From: Macrostomum lignano
Lineage: Eukaryota
NCBI GenBank assembly: GCA_002269645.1
Contig: NIVC01003604.1
Location: forward strand, 24,472-88,471
Direction of reading: 5' to 3'
DNA: 64,000 bases
Program-made: the position numbers and the translations under genes
In this document: positions 52,799 through 64,000 of the stretch, one piece after another
How positions within the stretch are numbered: the stretch's first letter is position 1
How the letters are laid out: every line of letters starts with the position of its first letter
Notes under the pieces: model-generated
What the model saw: the letters and a program-made list of their open reading frames with translations, nothing else
What the model was told of the DNA's origin: nothing
Database searches by the model: none

Positions 52799-55010
52799 TG
52801 AGTCGTAACTGAAAATATGATATTATAGTGAATTTAATACAGAAATTAGAAAGCCATTTTTCACAAAGCAAAGCTGACTAAAGCTGATGATAAATCTGAA
52901 CTCTGCAAAGCGTGACTTCATCACTCTAATAAAGCGCTCAGACGTTAGAAAGGTTATAATCGAAATGAGGCTCAACTTTGTAACCAAGCTAAACAATGCC
53001 ATATTTCAGTTTATGCTTTATTGTGTGAGTGACCTATTGAGGGTGTAATTCACAAGTTGCAACGCTCGTAGTAGCTTTTTTGATTAGAAGACTTTGGAAT
53101 GAGGCCTGCTTAAAAATTTAAGGCCTAAAAATGGGAATTTTACAATCAGAAAACTGGGCGACTAAGTTTTTTCGTCGGACAAAATTATAAATAACTGCAG
53201 ACGAAAATTTTACTAAATTTAAAGAGAGAACGTAGCTGATATGCAGAATTTATTAGGGTAGTAGTAGAAATTCCAGTTATTGAGTCATACCCGAAACGGA
53301 TACAAAAATATACGGTAAGGTACACAATTCCCAAAAATCTTGATATGCTACTTAAAAAGAGCTTATCTACAGTTCTTAGTAGTGAAATTTGCGTATTTTG
53401 CCTTTATAATAATGAAGCAAAAATGTATTTAATTTTCGAAATGTAAGAGCCAAATAGACTAGCAAAGCTTAACTTGCATGGCACTGTAATACGCTCGCAT
53501 TGATGGCATCAATACTTGTATCCATGCAACCGGGTGTTCAATACAAGACTTGCCTAGCCCTTCAGTTTTCTACTCTGTCTACACCAAGAATGAGTGAATA
53601 CCGTATAATAGGATCGCTGTTATGAGACCATTTCTGAGGATAAGAAACTCCTATGGCTTGAGGTCGGTTGAGACTTTAACAACTGAATTTTACAACTGAA
53701 AAGCTTGGAGACTAAGAGCTGTCTTTAAACTAAGGTAAATAAGTCCAGACGAAAATTGCTTTAGGTTTTAACGGTCAACATATGCAATATTTATTTAGTC
53801 AGTAGTGAAAATTATGGCTAATAAGTCGGGATGCAAAGCGAATACAAAAATATACCGTGGGTTTCAAAGATACTTGATATGCCAGTCACAAAAAGCGCTT
53901 TACTTATATTATTCTGCAGTAAATTTGTGTTATTTTGCTTTTATGATAGTGCTATGAAAGTGTATTAAATTTTACATAATATTTAAAGTTCTTAAAGCTG
54001 CAACTATTGCCTCTGATTTTCCAAATCCATATCCAGCGCGTGTGCAGGCGAGCGAGAGAGGCCGCGAACCCGAGGATGACATTTTATGGCTGCCACATCA
54101 AATTAAAGTACCTCTGCGCACACAAACTACTGAATAAAGAGTAGACGCTCTGCTTTTTAGCAAATTTAACCGCGAGTGACATGGCATGTCAAGTTGTTAT
54201 AGTAGCTGCAGTGGGATCGGAGATTTCAGGAGTTGATAATGGCTAGATAAAAACAGGATAAACTGTAGAGAGCAGTTCGTAATTACTCGAGAAAAAAACC
54301 TTATTATCACGCGTTAGTATGAAAAGTTTGTTGAAATAAATGATAATATCGCTCGTAAATGCCTATTTCGACAAAAATTTCCGACATACAAACTTACGAG
54401 TACAAAATAGATGTTCGTCAGGTACAAAAACCATTCACTGACATACAAATGCAATAAATATGTTACAACAATAAAAGCAATCAGCACAAATGTGTAAACC
54501 CTACCAAAAAATCGCTTTTTAGCGATCTAAATTAGACTTTACACAAATCAAACTGAGACCTCATTTGCTTATCATGCAACGCTGCTGTGCCAATCCGTCA
54601 TTACTTTGTCAAAAGTGATAAATCTGACCAGAGGCTTGATTGCTCATTCAAAATAGTTACAAATGACCTTAAACACATCGAACAGTTTACTTCAAATGCA
54701 AAGCAATGTAACGATTCTGGTGAGATTCTGCTTCATCCTGGTACATTTGCATATAAAGCATAGCGAGTCTCTCGTTATTTGCTTGATGTCATACGAGTAT
54801 TTTAATCACCAAAAGCGATAGTATCTTGCGTGAAAATGCTGTATTATAAAATTGGAAACAAACTAAGCAAAAATGAAAAATCAAATGCAGAAAAAAACTG
54901 ACACAAAGAGAATCATCAAAAGCTAAGCCAAGTAACATGCTTGCGAACCAGAATAAATTAAGGGTATCAAATAGATAGACAAATAGTTAGCAGGATTTTG
55001 TGAATGTGAA

Positions 55011-56531
55011 TTATAAATTCCGTCTATAAATACTAATAGACATGTTATTCTGGGTGACGGCCAAAAGCTCGGGGCTTCCTTCAATGATCGCCAAGCCAAA
55101 AGGGGAATCAAGTTTCCTAGCGCCACCATCAGCCTGACATTCCACTTCGACAGTCTGCAGCACAGTGCCGTCACTCCGCATCAAACGAACCACTCGCCCT
55201 GAACACTCGCTGACAAACAGCAAACCTGAGCGATGAGCCGCGACACCAACAGGTCCAGATAGCTTGTCAAGACGGCTTCGCTTGGTCGGGTAAGTCGAGA
55301 TCAGCTGACCGCTGGCGATGCACACTTTGTAGAGCTTGCCACCTTCGTAGTCAGTGAGCAGCAGCGTGTTGTCGACTACAGACATGCCTTCGGTGACTTT
55401 ACCAGAGGGACCGACGCCAACTAAGGTAATGTTGGTCTGCAGCTGACCGCTGTCTTTATCGATGCACAGCACTGACCATTCTGGGTTGCCTTTCCTCAAA
55501 GTAAATATCTTGTCAGAGCTGCAGGCCAAAGCAATAAGGTTGACTGGCTGTCCCATGCTGCTCGAGTTGAAAACCTGCGTCACGCAGCCGCTCAGGTCCG
55601 TCACTTTCACTGCGTCAAACTGAGCAACATAAAGACTCTGTCGCTTGCTGTCACAGCAGAGTCCTACAACAGTTTTTGAGACATCAATGTCGAGCTGTAG
55701 CTGCGCTTTCACTAAGCCGTCGACTGAGCAGGCAAGAAGGTAGTTTATCTTATCATTAGGATGAAAAATAATGAAGAGACACGGCAGTGGAAGCCCTCTG
55801 TCAGTCGGACCGTTGACCACCTTGCACTGCGAATCCACGTAAAAGTCTTGCGTGTTGCTGCATGATGTCACATAGAAAGGAGAACCCGGCAGATCTTTTA
55901 TTTTAGTCTGAAACTCACAGATTGGCTGATCTGCACAAAGTGAGTCTGCTGACTCGCACAGCTGCATCACATCACTCAGGTGTCTGTCAATTAGCAGCTG
56001 TAAGTCCCTCACACAGCCGCTCACATCGCCCACAGTCCTTCCAGTGCCTCGCTCAGAGTCCTTGTTAATAGTCGTGCCACCTGCCATCTGCAACTCTTCA
56101 CTCTGAATATCTAGCACGCCAGAGATCTCAAACATCTTATTGAAGTCATTGTGCTCTTCTGCTTCCGTCACTTCTCGCTCATACTCCTGTAGAGCGGACA
56201 ACTGCTGCAGATTCTGCAACACGCTGTCGTGTCTCTCAGTCAGTCGCTTTGTCACAGCTGCCTTCCACTTCATCAGCGAGTCCACAGCCGACTCAAACAG
56301 CTCCTCAGTCTCTTGCAGCTCAACTGACAGAGCTTGCTGCTGCATCCGAAATTCTTTCTGCAATTTCAGCAATGGTTTCAGCTTTGCCTGTAAATTCTTG
56401 TGCAACTCACGCACCCTGTGCCTGTCCTGTTCGAGATGTCTTTCACACAGTGGCTGACGTATTCGAGCACCGGTGCCAGACACAGGATCGGTGCAGCCTT
56501 TGATAAAGCAGGAAGTGGTCGGCTCCGACAT
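55011..56531 (-). CDS. Cys/His finger - coiled coil - NHL-type propeller protein, copy 9, intact, 506 aa
   Basis: The family start MSEPTTSC is at 56531, directly after a splice acceptor (ctaattgcag|acaaATG). The 49-aa upstream extension in the ORF track is not shared by the paralogues. Confidence 0.85.
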   Translation of the reverse strand: MSEPTTSCFIKGCTDPVSGTGARIRQPLCERHLEQDRHRVRELHKNLQAKLKPLLKLQKEFRMQQQALSVELQETEELFESAVDSLMKWKAAVTKRLTERHDSVLQNLQQLSALQEYEREVTEAEEHNDFNKMFEISGVLDIQSEELQMAGGTTINKDSERGTGRTVGDVSGCVRDLQLLIDRHLSDVMQLCESADSLCADQPICEFQTKIKDLPGSPFYVTSCSNTQDFYVDSQCKVVNGPTDRGLPLPCLFIIFHPNDKINYLLACSVDGLVKAQLQLDIDVSKTVVGLCCDSKRQSLYVAQFDAVKVTDLSGCVTQVFNSSSMGQPVNLIALACSSDKIFTLRKGNPEWSVLCIDKDSGQLQTNITLVGVGPSGKVTEGMSVVDNTLLLTDYEGGKLYKVCIASGQLISTYPTKRSRLDKLSGPVGVAAHRSGLLFVSECSGRVVRLMRSDGTVLQTVEVECQADGGARKLDSPFGLAIIEGSPELLAVTQNNMSISIYRRNL

Positions 56532-57364
56532 TTGTCTGCAATTAGAATAGGTTTTTGTCAAGCTGTATCGTAAAAAAATAATCAAGCTAAAATTCAGTTT
56601 CGAGATAATGCGACGCACGATGGCACATTGCACTGTGATTCTAATGCATAAAAACCCAGAGCATATCGATTTGGTCACGTCTATTCAGGGTATTACGATT
56701 TTCGAAAACGAAATGTACATTTAACTCAAGCACAATTGCAAGGTCAAATAACAGGGTCAAAACCGCAGCATTGTGCTAAATAAACATTACGAACCAGGAG
56801 TACTGACTGGAGTTTTAATGTTAATTATTGTTTAATTATGTTAACTTAATTGGTTTATCAGTGAGAAATAATTTAAACAATGAATTTAAAAAACAACACT
56901 AAAAAGCATGGTTTTTTTCACGTGTATTTTAGTTAGCATTATTAAAATAATAACTGTTATTACAAAATGATAGCAGCTCATTGAGTAAAACACTGCTTAA
57001 CCTTGACTGTATTGAGTTTGAGGATAGCACAAACGCCATTAAAACAGATGGCAATACTGGCATTAGATACAATGCAACTTGTAGTATCTTGTATTTAGAT
57101 TGAGATTTGTATTGAGTAGTATAATCGAGTATTTTATGCTATCCAAAATGAAAGTTTAAAGTTCAGAAATCAAAATAGTTTTGAGGAATTAGAGATTTCA
57201 AAATTTGGGGATATGGGAAGCTTAGGGATTTCAGAATTGTAGGATTTGGGAAACTTTGAGATAATAGAATTCTGGGTTCTGGTATCTAATTAACAGGCTT
57301 ACATGGTTTTTTAAAACTTTGGTAACTTGGAAACCTTTAAAATATTTTACTGTACCAGAAAATT

Positions 57365-57770
57365 TGACTGACTGGCTAACTGACTGACTGACTGACTGGC
57401 TGACTGACTGGCTGACTGACTGACTGACTGACTGACTGACTGGCTGGCTGACTGACTGACTGACTGACTGACTGACTGGCTGACTGACTGACTGACTGAC
57501 TGACTGACTGACTGACTGACTGACTGGCTGACTGACTGACTGACTGACTGACTGACTGACTGACTGACTGACTGACTGACTGACTGACTGACTGACTGAC
57601 TGGCTGGCTGACTGACTGACTGACTGACTGACTGACTGACTGACTGACTGGCTGGCTGACTGACTGGCTGACTGACTGACTGACTGACTGGCTGGCTGAC
57701 TGACTGACTGACTGACTGACTGACTGACTGACTGACTGACTGACTGACTGACTGACTGACTGACTGGTCA
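57365..57770. repeat. (GACT)n tetranucleotide microsatellite
   Basis: About 100 units with GGCT variants. Confidence 0.98.
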
Positions 57771-58919
57771 ATTAGGCATTATGAGTAGAAATTACAAATG
57801 CCTCTAAACACTGACTCTGAGTTGCATTTGTTTCCGCGTTTTACAATCAAGAAGTTAATAAAACTATTAAAAGAACACATAATTTAATTTTTTTAAATTT
57901 GAATAAACAGATGCGCGAAAATTAATTTGCTAAATAGTTCGCAGAAAACAATCAATATTCAGAGAATTTAAACAACAAAATCTTCTTTAACAAGCACCAA
58001 TAATAAAACAAATACAAACACAAAACAGTATTCCGTTTGTACTTTATACGTGGCAAATATTTAAATTTTAGACGACAAGAGAAATAAATATAAAATAATT
58101 TTTAAAAACACGTAAAACAAATTGACTTGGACGTCAACGACAAAAAAGGTGTCTTTCTGGTTACACTGCAGTGCAAAAGTTCAATGAAAATTGCATTAAT
58201 GCGTTGCACTTGCATGTAGACTCTTGTACAGAAAGAGAAGCTGCTTGAGTAATTAAAACAAAGGAAAACAATTGAATTAAACAATTAAACAATACACAAT
58301 TGAAAAACAAAAGCAAACACTAGATGACACAATAAAAAAGTTGAGAAAACAGTACGCAAAGTTTGAACAGCTGTGTCTTACAACAGTACAAAAATGTATA
58401 ATTAACACAATATACTTGCAAGCAAGAAGGTCTCAGTAACGGTCAAGTACGGATATATTTACAGAAGTTTTCGTTAAAAAAATTCAGTAAAAGACTTTCA
58501 AAAATACAAGCTTGATATGCCTAATGACTAGATTATAAATCAATTCTCAATTGGAATGCACCTAGATAATAGAAATAAAACAAATGTAAAATCGAAATAT
58601 AATGATAAAATATTCTAAAATGTTCGACTGCATCAGAGAAAACTGCAACGCGAGCTGATATGATTTTTTTTCGTTTGTTTTCCACCGTTGAACAGGTAAC
58701 TAACATGGGCAGAAAGCAATATAAGTTTTGTGTGGATATAAACAATAAATCGCAACAAAGTAACATGATCGATACAGACGTCGAGGATATAAAGGGCGAT
58801 TGCTAAGTATCCTTTAAAGTTGTGTTTACTGAGTAAAATGGACTCAACCGTGCTTTTTTCACCCGGTTGCTCTCTATTGGCAACACACACTAATGAAAGT
58901 CGCTTATTGGCTGGGAAAG

Positions 58920-59260
58920 CAGTCACGTGACAATCGTCTCGTTAATAGACTGTCTGCATCGTTTATTGGCTGATAGAACAGTCACGTGACAATAGTCTAT
59001 TGGCTATTAGCCGAGAGAATAGTCACGTGACGATCGTTTCGCCCAATAGTCTGCTTGCATTGTTTATTGGCTGATAGAACAGTCACGTGACAATAGTCTA
59101 TTGGCTATTAGCCGAGAGAATAGTCACGTGACAATCGTTTTGCCCAATAGTCTGCTTGCATTGTTTACTGGCTGATAGAACAGTCACGTGACAATGGTCA
59201 TGTCCAATAGACACTTTTGCATCGCCTATTTGCCGAAAAAAGAGTCACGTGACAACAATT
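58920..59260. repeat. Tandem repeat carrying seven GTCACGTGAC palindromes plus ATTGG motifs
   Basis: GTCACGTGAC at 58922, 58981, 59022, 59082, 59123, 59183 and 59244; ~60/41-bp alternating spacing. Confidence 0.85.
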
Positions 59261-59809
59261 AACGTAAAGCCTTTCTTTTCACTCAATTATCCCGCATTGT
59301 CCCTACGGAAATTCGGCCGATCGAGACCAACAGAAACTGATGGTTTAGCAGCGCAGGCGGCCAGCAGACACAGCGGCATACAAGCCAGGCCGCACAAAAT
59401 AATAACCAGACCGAGTAGGAGAAACGGCAGGCCAAAATCCGGCATAGTTGAACTACTCAAACGCAGAGACTGTTGAGTCAATTGGGCCGCCAATAAACTA
59501 CCAGCGGCCATTGGAGCAAACAGGCGAGCCAGTGAACTGCAAGCCATGACGGCTGCGCTGATTGGGCCTAGTTGAGCAGGCCTCAATGATTGCATAATTA
59601 ATGCATTTAGGCTAGACATGCTGGCAAGGTGAGACAGAGACTGTGCGCATTCTAGGCAGATGATCAGGGACCATACAGTCGGCTCACTGCCAATTGGATG
59701 ATTCATATTACAACTTTCATATAATTAATATAATTTACAAGTTTATGGTAACACTTTAATAACATTAACATTTCAACCTTAATATTAAATTGGAAATTTA
59801 CCTATTAGA

Positions 59810-60775
59810 CTAAGAGTTTACCTATTAGACAGGGAGTTTACCTGTTAGATAGGGAGTTTACCTGTTAGATAGGGAGTTTACCTGTAGATAGGGAGTTTAC
59901 CTGTTAGATAGGGAGTTTACCTATTAGACTAGGAGTTTACCTATTAGACTAGGAGTTTACCTATTAGACTAGGAGTTTACCTATTAGACAGGGAGTTTAC
60001 CTGTTAGATAGGGAGTTTACCTGTTAGATAGGGAGTTTACCTGTTAGATAGGGAGTTTACCTGTTAGATAGGGAGTTTACCTGTTAGACAGGGAGTTTAC
60101 CTGTTAGATAGGGAGTTTACCTATTAGACTAGGAGTTTACCTATTAGACTAGGAGTTTACCTATTAGACTAGGAGTTTACCTATTAGACAGGGAGTTTAC
60201 CTGTTAGATAGGGAGTTTACCTGTTAGATAGGGAGTTTACCTGTTAGATAGGGAGTTTACCTGTTAGACAGGGAGTTTACCTGTTAGATAGGGAGTTTAC
60301 CTATTAGACTAGGAGTTTACCTGTTAGATAGGGAGTTTACCTGTTAGATAGGGAGTTTACCTGTTAGACAGGGAGTTTACCTATTAGACTAGGAGTTTAC
60401 CTGTTAGATAGGGAGTTTACCTGTTAGATAGGGAGTTTACCTGTTAGATAGGGAGTTTACCTGTTAGACAGGGAGTTTACCTGTTAGATAGGGAGTTTAC
60501 CTGTTAGACAGGGAGTTTACCTGTTAGAAAGGGAGTTTACCTGTTAGACAGGGAGTTTACCTGTTAGATAGGGAGTTTACCTGTTAGACAGGGAGTTTAC
60601 CTGTTAGAAAGGGAGTTTACCTGTTAGACAGGGAGTTTACCTGTTAGATAGGGAGTTTACCTGTTAGACAGGGAGTTTACCTGTTAGAAAGGGAGTTTAC
60701 CTGTTAGACAGGGAGTTTACCTATTGGACAGGGAGTTTACCTGTTAGACAGGGAGTTTACATGTTAGACTGGGAA
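59810..60775. repeat. 20-bp GGGAGTTTACCTGTTAGA(T/C)A tandem repeat
   Basis: About 48 units inside the MFS gene span. Confidence 0.97.
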
Positions 60776-63584
60776 GTTTGCGTGTTATACTGCAGGGAAT
60801 TTACCTACCAAAACAGTTACCCTGGCTACGTGCACTAATTGATAAACAAGTTCAAAAACTCACCTGAATAACAAACGACAATGCGCTGTTAGAATCATTG
60901 GAGTTGACGACAGAAGCATTACAAACAGTCCGTATAGATAGACCTGTAACGATTATATTGGAACGAATGAGAAAGATACTTAGCAAATATTGATGCGTAC
61001 TTATTAACAGGTAAAGTCTGCGACCCCTGAGAAGCCACACCAGCACACACAGACTTAAATACGGCCACTACACCCCCCTGCGGCAATCCCCTGCCTTTCC
61101 AGCGCCCTCCACAGGGCCCTGGTTGGACTCAACCGTAGGGAAATCAGGGTGATAACCTGTCAGGCCATGGCTGTTTTCTCAGCTCCTTGTCAGCAGCTTT
61201 GTCACATCCAGAGAAAATCCGTGGCAAGGATTTTGCTTTACTGGTGTCGAGAATGCACCTCTAATAATCTGATAATCTGTGAATGCACTGCTTTTACTCA
61301 GGACCCGTCGAAAAATTCACCCGGAAACTTGACCCGGAAATTTTTCCTTTTCTGTAATGTATTTTGATCCGGGAAATTTGCTTGAAATTGTGACAAAAGT
61401 TTACAATGTAATCCGGATTTTGTTCATGATCCGAGCTTACATACTTCTCTCCCGGAACTGAGAGCCGGATCAGCAAAATATGTTCTGGGCGAAAATACCG
61501 GATCGGGGAACACGGGTCAGTTTCCGGACGAATTTTACGGATTAGGGTTTGATCCGGGTCAGTTTCCGGACGAATTTTACGGATTAGGGTTTGATCCGGG
61601 TCGCTCGAGAGAGGCTTACCTGCCCGGCCTTTTAGGCCGAGAATCTCGGCCAGCTCGTCCGCTAACCTAGGGGCTAGCGGGCGGGCGAGTATCCACCGGA
61701 TCTCCCTGTGTCTCCACTTCCAGCTGTATCCGGGTGTCCATAGCCCCTCTGCAGCTATAAGCCAAATTAAGAACCCTCATTAGGGCCATAGACAATGAAA
61801 AAGCAAGTCTTCACAAGCTTGACTCTCCCACTTAGGATTGAATTGCTGGCTCATGGGCCCGATTGGTTTATAAAATACAATATGAAAATAAACTAACCCG
61901 GTCAAAATTAATCCGACAAAACAGATTCTCTGCCGTATTTCTCGCTCCACAGACTGCAATACCAACGGTTGCTAATAGTTGAGTAGCAGCCGATATGCAC
62001 AGTAAACCCGTTAATTCGCCGGTCTCGAACCCCAGACCTCCTAGCTCGGAATCTGTAGCCGACCAAGCTAACACCAGCACGCGCTGATAGCCAATAGCAA
62101 ATGACAATAAAAAGATAGCCAGCAAGGCTAACAGACGAGTCTTAGTCATCCTAGCCGATCCATAGATCCACCGCCGAAACTGTGAAATCCCAATTCAGAC
62201 GACAGGTGCGCAACTGCCCCTAGCAACGCGGATAGCCATAGATTGGAATTTGTTGAATTAACCAATGCCTCGGCAACAAGCGCGAAACCGGCGGTGGCGC
62301 CTCCTCTGCTGCTGACGCCGACGCGACCAGTTAAAAACAGTTCGACACTGTCGCTACCAATACTGTCATTCAAGCGATCGTCATTGGAGTTCTCCTGTTG
62401 CTGCTGCTGCTGCTGCCTGCTGCAACCCGGTGCGGCTGACTGGCGGAACCGGCGCCTCTGCCACCACCGCAGCTCAGATCTTCAGCAGACGAAGCGCGAC
62501 AGAGAGGCCTGACGAACGTGCAAAGTACGTTTTGACTCTCGCTAGTAACTAATATCAGCGGCACCGGTATCTTACTACTACTACTAACAGTAGCAGTAGT
62601 AGTAGGCAATTTCGGTTCTGCTTCAGCAGCAGCAGCAGCAGCAATATTATCATCGACTATATCATCAGTTTGAAGCTGCTGACGCTCCTGACGGCACAGC
62701 GATATGGCTGGAGCAGCGGGGGCATCGCGGCGGTGCCCACAGATGATGATGCGGCGGCGGCAGCGGCCCCGGCTGCGGCGCAAAACACCAAACCGACGCC
62801 TAAGCAAGACGGCAATAATGGCGGCAAGATCAAAGAAGACGATGAAGACAATGATGATGAGTTTATAGTTGTTGTTGCTGTCGGCAAGATCAAAGCTAGA
62901 GGAGGCGTTAATAAAACGGCTAAACAGCCGGTGATCAGCGGGCCAATCAGGCATCCAAGAAACCAGCCAATGCTAACTTGCTCGGCTAATCTGGCATTGC
63001 TGCTTTGGTCGAGAGCATCGGCGCCAGAAGCGGCAGATTCAGCCAGACAGTGTCGAACAACGGGCGTCAGAGCATTCACTAAGCCGCAGGCTAGTATAGC
63101 AAAAGCGGCGCTGAGGAACCCGGCAGAGCAGCCAAATAGGAGGGCGGCCAAAGCCAGCAGGGGCAGGGAGGAGCACAGGATTGGAGCGGTGCCGAATCGC
63201 TTGAGCAGCGGAGTCCAAATGTAGCTGAGGAATTAGTTAGGGATTAGGAAGTTATGGATTAGCAGAGTTACTTAATACCTACCCATTATAATTTAGGCTA
63301 TAAAGTTTTATTACCAGCCAAGCATTCGACCCATGTGAAGGGCGGCCAGGATCATGCCAATATAGGTGCCGGCCTCTGAGCTGGTGTAACCGAATCGCTG
63401 CAAATTGGTAGGCAGAGGCTTTCTCCAGGTAAACTGCATACGAATGATACACATACAGTTTAGGCATATTGAAGAAATCTGCTAACCTTGATCATGTCGG
63501 GCAAGAACGGATGCAGAAAGTTCACACTGATGCCGCTGCTTACCTGCAAATGTATTGTACAGCGAGAAAATAAGTAAACTAATG

Positions 63585-63870
<286 letters not shown>

Positions 63871-64000
63871 TGCACTCACCATAGCAACAAGGACATCAGC
63901 GTCTGGAAGCAAGCGGCAGCCGCAGGCGGGCAGCAGCGGCAGTCGTGACAGACGCTGCCATCAGTTGCAGCGCCAACATCGGCAGACAGGCAAATCTGCT

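Noticed and set aside
56532-56678. 49-aa N-terminal extension of copy 9
   Set aside because: Not shared by the paralogues and crosses a splice acceptor immediately upstream of the family ATG.
57376-57771. SQSV-repeat ORF, and the VCLS ORF at 63460-63912
   Set aside because: Tetranucleotide microsatellite translations.

Overview
Eukaryotic (metazoan) genomic DNA with spliceosomal GT-AG introns stuffed with minisatellites. The style (intronic minisatellites, GC-rich exons with poly-Ser/Ala/Gln runs, RTE-type element) recalls a flatworm such as Macrostomum, but that is an inference. Every gene I can reconstruct lies on the minus strand. From left to right: (1) a complete 4-exon Xaa-Pro aminopeptidase 3 (XPNPEP3, 525 aa); (2) a 4-exon TEX10/Ipi1-like gene (728 aa); (3) a 3-exon eIF4A-like gene encoding only the N-terminal RecA domain with DEAD changed to TETD (about 240 aa, a probable pseudo-helicase); (4) a ~32 kb tandem birth-and-death array of at least 10 copies of a ~506-aa gene with a Cys/His finger, a coiled coil and an NHL-type beta-propeller (4 intact, 3 full-length but disrupted, 3 or more 3' fragments); (5) a frame-disrupted MFS transporter running off the right edge. 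Transposons resolved by TIR/TSD or protein motif: a THAP-bearing P-like element with a nested hAT MITE, a Tc1-like element with a nested tRNA-SINE, a mariner derivative, a 5'-truncated RTE LINE inside one array copy, more SINEs and a possible solo LTR. The best candidate for an undescribed system is the diversifying RING-less TRIM-NHL-like array next to the single-domain eIF4A pseudo-helicase. Most long ORFs in the supplied track are artefacts of tandem repeats.
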